Source of the DNA: a virus | Taxonomy: Duplodnaviria; Caudoviricetes | Direction: 5' to 3' (one strand) | Length of the DNA stretch: 64,000 nucleotides | IMG/VR virus record: IMGVR_UViG_3300021431_000107 | Coordinates: 18,741-82,740 of that record | In this document: positions 39,001 through 49,274 of the stretch, in pieces | Numbering within the stretch: the stretch's first letter is position 1 | Layout of the letters: each line of letters begins with the position of its first letter | Notes under the pieces: model-generated | Seen by the model: only the letters and a program-made list of their open reading frames with translations | Databases searched by the model: none | Told to the model about the DNA's origin: nothing | Translations under genes and position numbers: made by a program

Positions 39001-42000
39001 GATAGCTAATGTCATTGCTAGAATAGGTCCTAGCTTGGCATCTTTCGTGTTCTTGGAAAGTTCCATCATGGCTCCAAGAACGAAAGCTATTACAGTGACA
39101 GCGACAAGACCTTTTGTAAGCTGTCCTTTGCCAAGTTTTCCTAGTCTCTTAACAGACATACCAACGAGCATAATTGTGGCAGCAAGAGAAAGCATGATGA
39201 GAGCCTGTTTAGCTGAGAACTTATCTTTCCCCATGACTTTGGTTATGCCAGCCATTATAGCCATAGCAGCCATAAGAACCATCATACAGCCTAAAATACC
39301 GGCAAGTCCTTTCGCTATCTGCTCCCACTTCATATCACCGATGGACTTAAGAGTATGAGCAAGGATTGCAATAGCGGCAGCAAAAGCACCGAACATCATT
39401 GCTGATCCTGCTTTCTTAAGGAATTTATTCACACCGTCCTTGATGCCCATGAGGAACTCACCGAGCTGGTCTGCATAAGCTCCTTTTATGCTGCCACTTC
39501 CACCTCCAAGTACTCCAAATGATCCTAGGACTCCGAGAAGAAGTGCAATAGCACCAGTAATAACAGCAATGCCAGCGGCAGCGACTTTAAGCTGATCCCA
39601 TGAAAGCTGACCAAGAGCCCATAAAGCAGCTGCGAAGATACCAACTGCAACAGCGGTCTTAAGAAGAGCTGTGGCTTTAAGGTTCTTTTTATAAGCTGTT
39701 CCTATTTCTGTAAGGCTGGTGGTTAATGTCTGAATAGAAGAACTAACGGATTTAAAGATACCGCCGAAGGATTCGATAACGCCCTTTACACTGTCGACAG
39801 TACCCTTAACGCTATCAAGAACTTCTCCGCCTTTCTTGGCCCAGTCAAGAAGATTCCAGAAAGATTTGATTGCTTTAAGGGCAGTGAAGTTACCAACAGC
39901 AATCTGAATCCATTTGCCGACTTCCTTGAATGTAGGAGACATCTCTTTAAGCCATGCCATGAATTCATCAAGTTTAGCTTTACCTCCAGAAACAAGATCT
40001 CCTCCAAAGCCTTTAGCCGCTGTAGCGAAGTTTCCAAAAGCTTCACCTGTATCTGAAATCTGTGTGCTGGCATTTTCACCGAATATTTTGAAAAATTCAA
40101 CGATCGCATCTTTAGCTTTACCAAGAAGATCCGTCACTGTAGAAAGACCGTCCTGAAAGCTCGTAGATTCAAAGAAGCCTTTAATAGAAGCTCCAATTGT
40201 GCCCTTTCCGAATCCTCCTTCTCCACCTTTAAAGATTCCCTTAATAGATTCTTTAAGCTTCGATATGTGATCAAGAATCCAGTTAATCTTATCACTAACT
40301 GATTTGGCAAAGGAATCGGCATCTAACGTCGGAAGTTTAATCTCAGTTCCTTTGAACTTCTCAATCAAATCCAAAACCTTCTGAATCGCCTGATCCTTAA
40401 GTTCAATAACCTGCCTCTTAATCTCTCCGAAAATGACCGTCAATCTACGAAAAGCACTGGTTTGTTTAAACTCAGCCATGAAGCCCTGAGTACTTTCTTT
40501 AGCTTGAGTCAGAACTGAGCCAACTTTAGACCAGCCGCTCTTCATAACATCGATGACGGTTCCACCAACTTTGCCAGCACCCTTAAGAACTGTATTGAAT
40601 CTTCCCATCGCGTTGTTGATTTTTGTCTGAGCCTTTTCGAAGATCTTATTCTGCTTAATCCACGCATCGACTTTTATCAACCAATCGCCAATAGCTGCAC
40701 CCGCAGTAAGTAACCACCTGCCAATAGTTTTAAGCGCCTCAATAAACCCAGCCGCGGCGCCTTTAACGAAAGCACTAACCCCGCCAACTACAATGTTGAT
40801 AGCGGCTCCAAAACCGGCAAGAGCTTTTCTTCCTTTGGCTATGGCGAAGTTCATATCAATATTTCGCTTAAACTGCTGAAACGAATCAGACGCGAATTTA
40901 ATGGTTTCGCCCATCGTGGTTTGAGCTTCGGTTAACTTATCGAATAATGTTGCTTTCTTTTCAACAGCATCGGCGGCTTTTTCAGTAGCTTTGGCGCCTT
41001 CTTCCTCAGCTACTTCATATCTAAATGAGCATCCAAGAAGTTCATTAACTTTATTTTGAACTCTCTCATAAGAAGCTCCAATGCCTTCAAGAGCTTTTCT
41101 TCTGTCTTCACCGTTTCCGAATTCACCAGAAATAACTCGATGAGCAAGTTCGTCGACAGACTCTATACTTTCAGTAACTTTTTCGACAGTCTCAGTAGCT
41201 TTTTCTCCAACACTGACTACTGGCTCAAAGAATCCAATGATGGTTTCAATTATCCCATTAATAAAATCAATAGCCTGAGCGACTTTTGATGAAATCGTAC
41301 TGGCAAAGTCAATAATCCAATTAAAAGCCTTGGTCCCCTCTTCTGATTTAGGCGCTCCAAATATAGTGGTAAAAAGCTTAGTTATGTTTTCCGTAAGACG
41401 AGTGAAATTATCGTAAATGCCTTTTTCTTTCATCGTTGCTTTGATTCCGTTAAAGACATCTTTAAGCCGATTGAAAATCGGAATTGCCATCTGACGGATC
41501 GGAGTTACGAAATCAGCACCAATTCGACCAATAGCTGCTTTCATGTTGGCCATTGAACCTTCAAAAGTTTTATTGGCGTCTTTAGCATGATCGCCGAACG
41601 CTTCTTGCATCGCATTAGCAAACATGTCGAAGCTGATTTCACCTTTTGACACCATTTCACGGATTTCCGCTTCAGATTTATGTAACTGTTCACCAAGTGT
41701 AGCAGGAACATTAAGACCTTTAGCCGCCAACTGATTCAGCTGGTCTCCCATCAGCCTACCTTGACCGGCAACTGTTGTGAATATACGACCAATATCGCCA
41801 TATTCAGCGTTTGTCATTGCTGCTACACCCGATACGCCTTTCAGATACTTTTCCATCTGAGCGGCGTCTTTAATGCCTGTCGCATAAAACGAAGATGCTA
41901 TTTTCGCAGCTTCATCATATCCGTACGCAGTATCTTGTACTGAATTTGAAATGGCTTCATCAAGTTCTTCAACGTTAGCTCCAAGGCCTTCGAGCTGGAA

Positions 42001-42426
42001 CTTAGCCTGGTCGATGTTCGTTGCCCTTGTCCAACCTTTTGTTTTTGCAAGATTAATCGTTTCGCCAAGCAATTTGAACGGCTTAACTACAAAATTAGCA
42101 ACCTGCATCGGAAACTGCGCTATTGGCCTTGCTAGTTCCTCAAAGAACGCTTTCTTAACAGTATTCTTGAAACTGATAAGATAATCAACGGACGATTTAA
42201 GTGACTTATTTAAAGCGTCGACAGGTATACTCTTAATCCCCTTATTTAGTGGCTCAAATGAGGTATTCTTAATCGACTTGTCAAGATCCGCAAAGCCCTT
42301 AGTTGCGTCATCGAACTTCATAGCATCATTGAGCTTCTGGATGGTTTTAATAGATGACTCGGCGTTCTTTTCAAGATCGCTACTGTCAAGCTTCATTTCT
42401 AGTATTCTCTGTTCAACATCAGCCAT
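36034..42426 (-). CDS. Tape measure protein
   Basis: 2130 aa; N-terminal tape-measure domain (TAYGYDEAAK...GRLMGDQLNQL); five ~60-aa repeats in the C-terminal half. Confidence 0.95.
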   Translation of the reverse strand: MADVEQRILEMKLDSSDLEKNAESSIKTIQKLNDAMKFDDATKGFADLDKSIKNTSFEPLNKGIKSIPVDALNKSLKSSVDYLISFKNTVKKAFFEELARPIAQFPMQVANFVVKPFKLLGETINLAKTKGWTRATNIDQAKFQLEGLGANVEELDEAISNSVQDTAYGYDEAAKIASSFYATGIKDAAQMEKYLKGVSGVAAMTNAEYGDIGRIFTTVAGQGRLMGDQLNQLAAKGLNVPATLGEQLHKSEAEIREMVSKGEISFDMFANAMQEAFGDHAKDANKTFEGSMANMKAAIGRIGADFVTPIRQMAIPIFNRLKDVFNGIKATMKEKGIYDNFTRLTENITKLFTTIFGAPKSEEGTKAFNWIIDFASTISSKVAQAIDFINGIIETIIGFFEPVVSVGEKATETVEKVTESIESVDELAHRVISGEFGNGEDRRKALEGIGASYERVQNKVNELLGCSFRYEVAEEEGAKATEKAADAVEKKATLFDKLTEAQTTMGETIKFASDSFQQFKRNIDMNFAIAKGRKALAGFGAAINIVVGGVSAFVKGAAAGFIEALKTIGRWLLTAGAAIGDWLIKVDAWIKQNKIFEKAQTKINNAMGRFNTVLKGAGKVGGTVIDVMKSGWSKVGSVLTQAKESTQGFMAEFKQTSAFRRLTVIFGEIKRQVIELKDQAIQKVLDLIEKFKGTEIKLPTLDADSFAKSVSDKINWILDHISKLKESIKGIFKGGEGGFGKGTIGASIKGFFESTSFQDGLSTVTDLLGKAKDAIVEFFKIFGENASTQISDTGEAFGNFATAAKGFGGDLVSGGKAKLDEFMAWLKEMSPTFKEVGKWIQIAVGNFTALKAIKSFWNLLDWAKKGGEVLDSVKGTVDSVKGVIESFGGIFKSVSSSIQTLTTSLTEIGTAYKKNLKATALLKTAVAVGIFAAALWALGQLSWDQLKVAAAGIAVITGAIALLLGVLGSFGVLGGGSGSIKGAYADQLGEFLMGIKDGVNKFLKKAGSAMMFGAFAAAIAILAHTLKSIGDMKWEQIAKGLAGILGCMMVLMAAMAIMAGITKVMGKDKFSAKQALIMLSLAATIMLVGMSVKRLGKLGKGQLTKGLVAVTVIAFVLGAMMELSKNTKDAKLGPILAMTLAIGTIALAVVALSLLPTDKLAAVTTVMTILMGAFALMMAASGQMKGGGASMIAGIVLMGLVLGEIAAILYLFTSDQNIDADKMLKVSASISLLLGVMGGITLLCQTLGHSGLGGLAASALGVIDIAAVTALITGIAGVVGYLVGDNISEEQIEKAETGLHMIGRILTAITTEFGQMIGGFFGGLIGGSLTGLTENLPQVGQKLSDFVASLGTLATGDGPSFAGFKNLMGFLKDLVDMSDKNTMDNLINNFLGKGDSSLISFGEDLNVFAVLMGMYSEKIQGVNEETINKTSQAISTVTKYANDVPEVGGLMDLFTGDSSLITFGKEAVAFAVYMVAYSNEISGMNVGAVIGTSLAVNSVMQYANAAPTIHGSDSILGKLIGDNSLTALATGLVPFAQAMVAYSWIVSQLNSSAVEQSSKAVGIITDFANAIPNIRLVNTIAGQFFGSNSFEALATGLKSFGEAMVEYGKVVGGDSLDTKAIENSETAGKIITALADSVPNMHDYDTVLGKLVGDNTLITLGTNIESFGTSMVNFSNTLGGIENMSDVESMLNRVQDILSLFGMFSDELMNYDATQAGAAANALTGELEGIFEYFSTMWGDENLTEDIKNGGKTLWERFVEGIKEAAGEAGNEGGGLATIMAGFASTGSEGGEGPLMTTGKSMGEQLILGVRSAFETDTTFSGTDIPTFVLTALESANTALSTLGPSTVSPGVRVTMSAVGRAIVAYGPILQGKIRTICNQMKFVLTSYAAQFESAGKNLVQGLANGLSKNASIATSAGSKVGNDAKNAINKAAEVASPSKATERTGRFLDEGLANGLTKNLYLATNAATSVGASVVGTMQESFGDLNAAAENAGMEILNNLTSVYQYVGSVIENAMDVDPRITPVMDLSNIQNGVGSINSMLGGSTYGLGGLAYARSMYPGTYMNPAAMGAGNNNDMFAVVQGIRGDLNTLGQAMTNMQMVMDSGALVGSISGGIDKELGTVQKLKERWA

Positions 42427-42811
42427 CTCTTGTCACCTCCCTGAAAAGCTCATCTGCCATCTTCTGAAAAATAGGTTCCATAGCAGGATTGATATAGTCT
42501 ATACCTTGGACATAGCCTCCGCCTCTTGTGCCGTGTCCATACTGAATAAGAACAGCAACATTAGCCCATTTGTTAACATTACTGTTACTCCAAATAATAG
42601 AGAGGGTGTTTTCGGCATTATTAAGATAGAGATTATAGCTCCAAGACTCCGCTGTTTTACCAGTTCTTCTTGGAGTAGCTGCTCTAAGTGCCTCTACACC
42701 CTCTTCTCCATATTTTGCTACTTTTTCAATGAATGCCTTTTCACTGATTCTGTTTAAGAGGCTGACAGTCTTTTTAAAGTCTCCCTTTTGAGTGATCTTA
42801 ATTCTTGGCAT
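42419..42811 (-). CDS. HK97 gp10-like neck/tail completion protein
   Basis: ATPRRTGKTAESW...IQYGHGT. Confidence 0.75.
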   Translation of the reverse strand: MPRIKITQKGDFKKTVSLLNRISEKAFIEKVAKYGEEGVEALRAATPRRTGKTAESWSYNLYLNNAENTLSIIWSNSNVNKWANVAVLIQYGHGTRGGGYVQGIDYINPAMEPIFQKMADELFREVTRDG

Positions 42812-42818
42812 AAGTCAC

Positions 42819-43358
42819 TCACCTCCTGTGACCTCTTAATCTGCTTTCGTTTATAGATCTCTGATAAGCAGCTGCTTCAGCTCTAGACATCTTCTTATTA
42901 CCTTCACTTTTTATAGCAAAGATTCTAATGAGAGTAATAAGTCTATTTAAGTGCCACTTCTCAAACTCTACAGGTATTCCATACATAATCATGTTGTAGT
43001 AGATGAGTTCACTGGTTATGATCTCCCTACTCGGCTTCATATTTCCTCTCTGATTAAATGTAGTGGCAGTCATAGGATCTCCGATGTACTCGTTGATCTC
43101 CTGCATAACTGAAATCGGAAGAACACTGTAGACAAGTTCATTGACTTTATTAATCGTCATGCATTTCACATAGTCTAAAAGTTCTTCACCTGTTTTATCT
43201 TCGTCTGTAAGAAACGGCTTTTTCCATTTTTGCTCCCATTTTGAAATTGAGACCAAGGAATGCTCAATGATAAGAGTTTGTTCTTTTATAGAAATAAACT
43301 CATTAGTTTCGGAATTCCATAGGTCATCCATTGCTGGAATTACTATCTTTTTAGGCAT
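42819..43358 (-). CDS. Tail assembly chaperone (second ORF)
   Basis: Position; EHSLVSISKWE, EKWHLNRLITLIRI. Confidence 0.7.
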   Translation of the reverse strand: MPKKIVIPAMDDLWNSETNEFISIKEQTLIIEHSLVSISKWEQKWKKPFLTDEDKTGEELLDYVKCMTINKVNELVYSVLPISVMQEINEYIGDPMTATTFNQRGNMKPSREIITSELIYYNMIMYGIPVEFEKWHLNRLITLIRIFAIKSEGNKKMSRAEAAAYQRSINESRLRGHRR

Positions 43359-43378
43359 TCCTATACATCTCCAATCTA

Positions 43379-43816
43379 TTAGAATTCGCTTGACTGAATG
43401 GCTTCCACTGTTTCTTTAAGCTCAGTATTCTCCTGCAGCGTCTCCTGGAGCTTACCGGACGGAATACCAATAGCATTCTCAAGAAACTTATCAACGAAGC
43501 CATCCTCGTTCTCAAGGAATTTAAGGAACAGTTCAGAGTATGCATCCGATGCTGCGAACTCCCGCGTAAATCTATCGGACTTCTCGAACTTGTTCTCTGC
43601 ATTTCGTCTTCCATATGACTTAAGGATCAGTTTCTTAAAGACCTGGACAATATCAGACACTTCCGGATCGTCTTTAAGTCTTTCAAGGAACGCATCAAAA
43701 CCACCAGGAATCTCATAGTTAAGTTCAGCGATTTCACCCTTAGTCAAGTTGAAATAAAAATCTTTCGTTTTCTCTGTACCATCATAAGTGGTATAAGTAA
43801 TCGGAAGCTTAAACAT
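43379..43816 (-). CDS. Tail assembly chaperone (first ORF)
   Basis: Position after the major tail protein. Confidence 0.7.
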   Translation of the reverse strand: MFKLPITYTTYDGTEKTKDFYFNLTKGEIAELNYEIPGGFDAFLERLKDDPEVSDIVQVFKKLILKSYGRRNAENKFEKSDRFTREFAASDAYSELFLKFLENEDGFVDKFLENAIGIPSGKLQETLQENTELKETVEAIQSSEF

Positions 43817-43898
43817 AGTGTCGTTCTCCTTTCAACTATCTTTCACCAATATTAGAGGGGCCACTGTGATTAGCAGCCCCTCATAGAATCAATCACTC

Positions 43899-44570
43899 TC
43901 AGGTAAGCTTGGTAATTACCTCATCCGGAAGCGGAAGACGAGAAGCTGCAGTCGTGGAGCCATAAAGGATCTCTTCGAATTCAGTGAGTTTCGTTTTCTG
44001 TTCAGGAGTCGTAAACATGGTAGAATCAATGATCAGATGAGCAGTCGGCTTATGACCAGTTACGTTAACAGGAGTCGTAGTAAGCTCCCAGCTAAGCGTA
44101 ATGGCATCCGGAGAGTCGTTAATCGTCTGATAAGATCTCTCGGACGGAGAAGCAGTAGCGCCATAGATAAGATGAATCTTATAGCCATAGTTGGTACCGG
44201 CTACATCATTACCAATAGTTGTCACATAAGAAAAGCCAAAGGATCTTCTACCCTGCTGATTGATGATAACGCCAGGCTGTACCTCAGCGGAACCATCACA
44301 GACATAGAATTCTCTCGGGCACTGATATGCTTCAATAGTAGCGCCGAATTCCTCGGCAGAACGAAGAGAAGCATATTTAATATCGTCAGCCCAAAGAGCG
44401 GTCTCTTCTGCACCGGAGTTACTTTCGGTAACGGCAGTAAGTCCATTCCAAGCAACGCCTTCGCCATACTGACCCTGGTCAGTGGTCACGAACAGAACGC
44501 CCTTTTTAGTACCAGTTTCAAACTTTTTATTTCCAGTATCATCCCATACAAGAGCATTAGGCATAGTCAT
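43899..44570 (-). CDS. Major tail protein
   Basis: LVWDDTG..FETG..KGVL, GVAWNGLTAVTE, YKIHLIYGATASPSE. Confidence 0.88.
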   Translation of the reverse strand: MTMPNALVWDDTGNKKFETGTKKGVLFVTTDQGQYGEGVAWNGLTAVTESNSGAEETALWADDIKYASLRSAEEFGATIEAYQCPREFYVCDGSAEVQPGVIINQQGRRSFGFSYVTTIGNDVAGTNYGYKIHLIYGATASPSERSYQTINDSPDAITLSWELTTTPVNVTGHKPTAHLIIDSTMFTTPEQKTKLTEFEEILYGSTTAASRLPLPDEVITKLT

Positions 44571-44602
44571 TTCCTCCTTGAAATTAAGTTTCTATTATTC
44601 AG

Positions 44603-44914
44603 TTAGAGATACAGTATAAAAACAGTGTGATAAAGGTTTTCAGTTGAAAACACCCGGTCCATCTTGCACATCGGAAGTTTTGCTACTTCTTCAGGAATTG
44701 TGCTGTCAGGATCGTGATCAATCACTGTAATCGTGTAACTGTATGTGAATCTATAAGGGAGATCATTAGCAAACAGAGTGTCGCCAGATCTCCTCTCATA
44801 GATGATGCATGGGTAATCTATCTCATGTCCCGAAGGAGGTTGATAGTACACATGATCGCAAATAGCATGAAGCCATTCACTGAGTTTTAGTCTGCTCATG
44901 ATAAACCCCTCCAA
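44603..44914 (-). CDS. Tail terminator protein
   Basis: HVYYQPP...YPCIIY motif; position. Confidence 0.7.
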   Translation of the reverse strand: MEGFIMSRLKLSEWLHAICDHVYYQPPSGHEIDYPCIIYERRSGDTLFANDLPYRFTYSYTITVIDHDPDSTIPEEVAKLPMCKMDRVFSTENLYHTVFILYL

Positions 44915-45206
44915 AGGACAATATCAGTCTTGGATAAGCAACCTCAACATCAGTCACTTTCCATTTTGTTCCCATGTAAGTTGCATAGCGGATCTGATGA
45001 AAATTATGCAAAGCATACGGATCCGCCAGAATGCTTATTCGATTGCTGATAACTAAGTCATCGTTTAGATGCTCCGTTCCCTGCCATCTGCTTGTGTTTT
45101 TAAGCACGTCACCAATAGCAGGCTTCTCAACAATCACTTCTTTAAGAACGTCGGGTGCGGTTTCTTTAAACTCAGCATATCCGACGGTCCCCGCATACTT
45201 AGCCAT
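44877..45206 (-). CDS. Head-closure protein
   Basis: ISILADPYA...IRYATYMGTKWKV; position. Confidence 0.7.
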   Translation of the reverse strand: MAKYAGTVGYAEFKETAPDVLKEVIVEKPAIGDVLKNTSRWQGTEHLNDDLVISNRISILADPYALHNFHQIRYATYMGTKWKVTDVEVAYPRLILSFGGVYHEQTKTQ

Positions 45207-45236
45207 AACTAACTCATCTCCGCATTTTGAAATTTA

Positions 45237-47213
45237 TCAGCCTTCGGTAGTACCATTAGAAGCATTAGAAGCAGCTGCTGCGTACATAACAAGAGCGCTG
45301 TACGGTTTCACCAGAGCACCAGAGATACGAGTCTCCATCAGATATTTCTCCTGGTTGTAGTTGATATCGAAATCGTCAAACATGTTGATAGCGCCGCCCT
45401 TGTCAGCACCAATCACATAGTCGATCGGGTTCACGATAATGCCATACAGCTCGTGGTTCGTGGTCGTGCCAGAAACAGTGATCGGAATGGTAACATTCTC
45501 CATAACCGGAACAGGAACGATCTTACGGACACGAAGAGTGGTCATAAGAGCGGTCTCGTTCTGATACAGCAGATGACCGATGCCATCCTCGATAAGCAGG
45601 ATCTCAGACAGCATATCCTCCTTGATGTACAGAACCGGATTGCCAGAACCCTTATAGTTCTTACGAGCACGAATAGCGGCCTTGATGAAGTTCTTAGCAG
45701 TATCTTCGTCAGTCGTACCAGCAGTAACCGAAACCTTAACGGAGAACAGATCTGCATCGGTAGCGATCGGACGCACATGAGACTCGGAAATCTTATCAGC
45801 AGAAGAGCCGGATCTGCCATCACCAATAAGAGCAGCACGAGCGATCTCTTCGTTCAGCATGACTCTCATCTCGGCACGGATCCAAGCGACGACGTCGAAG
45901 TCAGTGATATCGATAATGTCATCACGATCCATCTTCTGTTTCTTATAGATGGTCTGCGGATCAGTCGTTCTCTTAATAAGGGTGAAGAATTCTTCTTTCT
46001 TCATGTTGCCCTTGATGTATCCCAAAGCTCTGGCATCATCAGCGGTGATATCGGCAGCTACGGTCTTAATGCGGCTAAACGGAGTGTGCTTAACGGACGC
46101 AATGAATTCATCTGCCCAAGCAGTGTCTCTCCTGATCCACTCAGGAGTAGCGTCAACGGCCTTAAACTCCGGGAAGAGCATGGACGAATCATATACGCCA
46201 TACTTAGCACCGGATACAGGAGCCTGGCCTCTGTAGATACCATAATCATCAGGACCGGTTACGGAATGGGCAAGTACACCATCCTTAGCGTGTTCATTTA
46301 CAGCATCACGAAGAGAACCCAGTCTCTTGGCATCACTGAAAATCTGTTCAATGTCGGCGTGGCTCAGAACGTTCTCTTCATGCTCGTTTTCAAATACGTT
46401 GTGCTTCATATCTTTCTCTCCTTTTTCGTCATCATCGTCCTCTTCTTCGTCATCGTCTTCCATAACAGCGGCGAGAAGGGCATTAACAGCAATCTTCTGT
46501 TTCTCATTCAGAGTGTCGAGGATCTCTTCTACAGTCTCTTCATCCTCGGACTTCTTTTCATCATTGGTTTCAGGTTTCTTTTCTGCAGTTTTCTTTTCTG
46601 CAGGTTTCTTTTCTTCTTTCTCTTCTGCCTCATCAGCATGAGAAAGCTCATCGTATTCAGTTGTCTTTGCCATAACAGGTTCCTCCTCTTCTTTTTCTTC
46701 TGCTTCTTCGGCAGTATCTTCTGCAGCTTCAAACTCAATGTCACCGTGCTTAAGTTCGGATAAGTCTTCACCATTCAAGTAGATGTAAACTTCATCGTCA
46801 TCAGCACCTTCAGCAGAGTGTGCAAGAGAGAAGTCGATGAGAGCACCGGGATTAGCACCAGCAAGTACAAGACTCACTTCTCTAATCACTCCATGAAGAA
46901 CATCGCCGGATTTCTTCTTTAGCTGATTTGCCCAAATAGAAAGTCCTGTAATGTCTTTGTTCTCAAGGATCTTCTTGCATGTATTACCCTTTTCGGTATC
47001 ATTGAATTTTCCGTACATAAAAACACCGTCAGGACGATTCTGTAATAAAGCATGGCCGATAACCATGTCAGGATCATCATGGCGGTGATTCCAAACAAGA
47101 GGAACTGTTACTCCGTCGCAGTTCTTAAATGCATCTTTACGAATAGTAAGTCCGTCAGTGCATAAAAGATCGTTCTTTGTGGCGTAACCACAGAAATCGT
47201 AACGTTCTCCCAT
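45237..47213 (-). CDS. HK97-type prohead protease fused to acidic linker and major capsid protein
   Basis: N-terminal VPLVWNH, GLSIWA, EVSLV..GANPGA; acidic linker; C-terminal capsid ending ETRISGAL. Confidence 0.9.
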   Translation of the reverse strand: MGERYDFCGYATKNDLLCTDGLTIRKDAFKNCDGVTVPLVWNHRHDDPDMVIGHALLQNRPDGVFMYGKFNDTEKGNTCKKILENKDITGLSIWANQLKKKSGDVLHGVIREVSLVLAGANPGALIDFSLAHSAEGADDDEVYIYLNGEDLSELKHGDIEFEAAEDTAEEAEEKEEEEPVMAKTTEYDELSHADEAEEKEEKKPAEKKTAEKKPETNDEKKSEDEETVEEILDTLNEKQKIAVNALLAAVMEDDDEEEDDDDEKGEKDMKHNVFENEHEENVLSHADIEQIFSDAKRLGSLRDAVNEHAKDGVLAHSVTGPDDYGIYRGQAPVSGAKYGVYDSSMLFPEFKAVDATPEWIRRDTAWADEFIASVKHTPFSRIKTVAADITADDARALGYIKGNMKKEEFFTLIKRTTDPQTIYKKQKMDRDDIIDITDFDVVAWIRAEMRVMLNEEIARAALIGDGRSGSSADKISESHVRPIATDADLFSVKVSVTAGTTDEDTAKNFIKAAIRARKNYKGSGNPVLYIKEDMLSEILLIEDGIGHLLYQNETALMTTLRVRKIVPVPVMENVTIPITVSGTTTNHELYGIIVNPIDYVIGADKGGAINMFDDFDINYNQEKYLMETRISGALVKPYSALVMYAAAASNASNGTTEG

Positions 47214-47228
47214 ATTTAATTATCCTTT

Positions 47229-48509
47229 CTAGCTGTCATCTTCAGCATCCTCTCCTTCATTTTGAATTTCTGATGCTGAAGAAGTATCGCCTTCCGATGT
47301 CGTAGAATTAGCTCCAGGATCTACGCCAAGAGCTTTCTGCGAAATGTTCTTATTCACAAGCTCGTTTGCTCTATCGCTATCGACAGGTTTAAGTCCAACC
47401 TTACCTCTGATTTCATTGGACGTCATAATCTCGTTTCTTGTGAACTTATCGGCGATTTCAGCAATGTCGTTAACAGATACAAGCTTGAACGGATCTCTGA
47501 TATACAGAATTGCTTGATGCTGTGTTCTGGCAGTCTGTGTAAGCCACTTTCTCTCCATCTCTTCAGCAATAGCAGAAAGAATCGGCTCAACAGTTCGGTT
47601 GTAATAATTCGTCATAGTCTTATCGTCAGCCGTGCCGTCAAAAATAGCCTGTGTAAGTCCAAGCTGGTTGAATAGCATTGCCGTTAGGTCTTGTGCTTCT
47701 TTCCAGAGATTGTTCTCAACAGGCCGATTTAGCTGAGTAATTCTTTCAGCTGCGTCTATATAAGCGATTCCGTATTTGGAACCTACAAGCTGCATTTCTA
47801 TTTGTTTCCGTCTTCCTTCTGCCTGCTGTTGCTTTAAAGGAGACTTTAAGGAATAAGGAAGCTGAATGATTAGATCCATCTTTCCAGATGCATTCTGTTC
47901 GTTAAGGACATCTAAGTTTCTAAGAGTTCTAGTGAGCCGCTGAAGTGTTGAGTTTGGAGCGTTCATGATAGTGTAGAACGGATTCTCAATAATAGCAGTT
48001 GTTGCTTTTGGTACAACAATCTCCTGCTTCTTCTGAGTCATCTCATTGAACACTTTTACCCTTATATGCTTTGGATACCAGTCGACGATTTGACCGACTC
48101 TAACCGACAAGATATCAAACGTACCTTTATCGGGGTCAGAATCAGTTTCGAGTGGTACGGCGGCAATACATCCTTCATCAAACATTGACTGAACAAGATC
48201 CTGAATAAAAGCACGCCCAGTTTGATCAGTATTAGCACTTACTGAAAGAATCTGATTTAACTGTGACGGCATGTCTGATTTATAGTTATTATCATCGTCT
48301 TTCTTAACGTGTCTTAGATCAATCTGGGCTACATCTACTGCAATCCTGTTTTTTATCATCTCAATGATTGACGCATCATTCGCTACGTAATTAGTCCTTC
48401 TATCCGGACGATAAGAACTCCCGTAATAGACAGACGGCGTATCTGTCGGATCACGAGAGGTAAATGCGTTCCAGGCGGACTTCACCCTATCTGTTAAATT
48501 TAATGGCAT
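47229..48509 (-). CDS. Portal protein
   Basis: 426 aa between TerL and capsid; NRIAVDVA, NEIMTSNEIRGKVGL. Confidence 0.9.
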   Translation of the reverse strand: MPLNLTDRVKSAWNAFTSRDPTDTPSVYYGSSYRPDRRTNYVANDASIIEMIKNRIAVDVAQIDLRHVKKDDDNNYKSDMPSQLNQILSVSANTDQTGRAFIQDLVQSMFDEGCIAAVPLETDSDPDKGTFDILSVRVGQIVDWYPKHIRVKVFNEMTQKKQEIVVPKATTAIIENPFYTIMNAPNSTLQRLTRTLRNLDVLNEQNASGKMDLIIQLPYSLKSPLKQQQAEGRRKQIEMQLVGSKYGIAYIDAAERITQLNRPVENNLWKEAQDLTAMLFNQLGLTQAIFDGTADDKTMTNYYNRTVEPILSAIAEEMERKWLTQTARTQHQAILYIRDPFKLVSVNDIAEIADKFTRNEIMTSNEIRGKVGLKPVDSDRANELVNKNISQKALGVDPGANSTTSEGDTSSASEIQNEGEDAEDDS

Positions 48510-48528
48510 TTTGAAATTCTCCTAACTT

Positions 48529-49269
48529 TTAATGTCTTCTAGTCTTCGATAACTTTGAAGCATCAGCTTTTGCAAGCTTTAGGGCTTTCTTATTAATTTC
48601 CTCTTCTTTACCTTCTAGACGTTTATCTGACACGACTTTACTTCCCCGTCCTCTGTACGATAGGGTTCCATATTTTTTAGCATCAATAGCCATGTCAATA
48701 AGCCCGACGGTATTTAGCGTCTGATGGCGAGTGTTTCCCTGTACTCTGTCGTATCGTTTAGCTGCATCTGCAAGAGCTCTATCCATAGCATATTCTTTCA
48801 ATACCGTGCCACGATAAAGATTCTTCTCTTTCTTAGCATCTTTATACGTGAGCTTACTCACGGCTATTTTTTCATACGCTTTGGATATTTCGGCCTTATG
48901 ATATTCGATACGTTCTTTGAGGTACTTGTCCCTAATTTTAGCTTTCTTTGCTTTATCTACTCTTTCATATTTTTTCTTAAGCCTCTCGGATCGTCGTTCA
49001 GATTTTAGAAGCTTTTTATCGTATCTTTTATCTATTCTCTTATTCTGCTTGGACTGATACTTCATTAGCTTCTTTTCTTTACGAGTAGGCTCGTTATTAT
49101 CGTCTTTTGAAGAGACTGGCCTTACAGAGCCGTCACCTTCATGCTGAAACGGTCTTTCTCCGGAGCCTCTCTTATACCTGCCAGAATTCTCGTTACCTTC
49201 GTGTGCTAGATACTCTCCAGGTATTCTCTGAAGACGTACAAGATCTCTGTACATTCTGTAGTCGTTCAT
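48529..49269 (-). CDS. Basic protein with shared N-terminal HEG...SGRY..GSG.RP.QH motif (copy 3)
   Basis: YLAHEGNENSGRYKRGSGERPFQH; Lys/Arg-rich. Confidence 0.8.
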   Translation of the reverse strand: MNDYRMYRDLVRLQRIPGEYLAHEGNENSGRYKRGSGERPFQHEGDGSVRPVSSKDDNNEPTRKEKKLMKYQSKQNKRIDKRYDKKLLKSERRSERLKKKYERVDKAKKAKIRDKYLKERIEYHKAEISKAYEKIAVSKLTYKDAKKEKNLYRGTVLKEYAMDRALADAAKRYDRVQGNTRHQTLNTVGLIDMAIDAKKYGTLSYRGRGSKVVSDKRLEGKEEEINKKALKLAKADASKLSKTRRH

Positions 49270-49274
49270 GCGTT

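Noticed and set aside
43358-43410. Programmed -1 frameshift joining the tail chaperone ORFs
   Set aside because: The ORFs are in a -1 relation, but the short open overlap has no XXXYYYZ slippery heptamer and the second ORF has its own RBS and ATG
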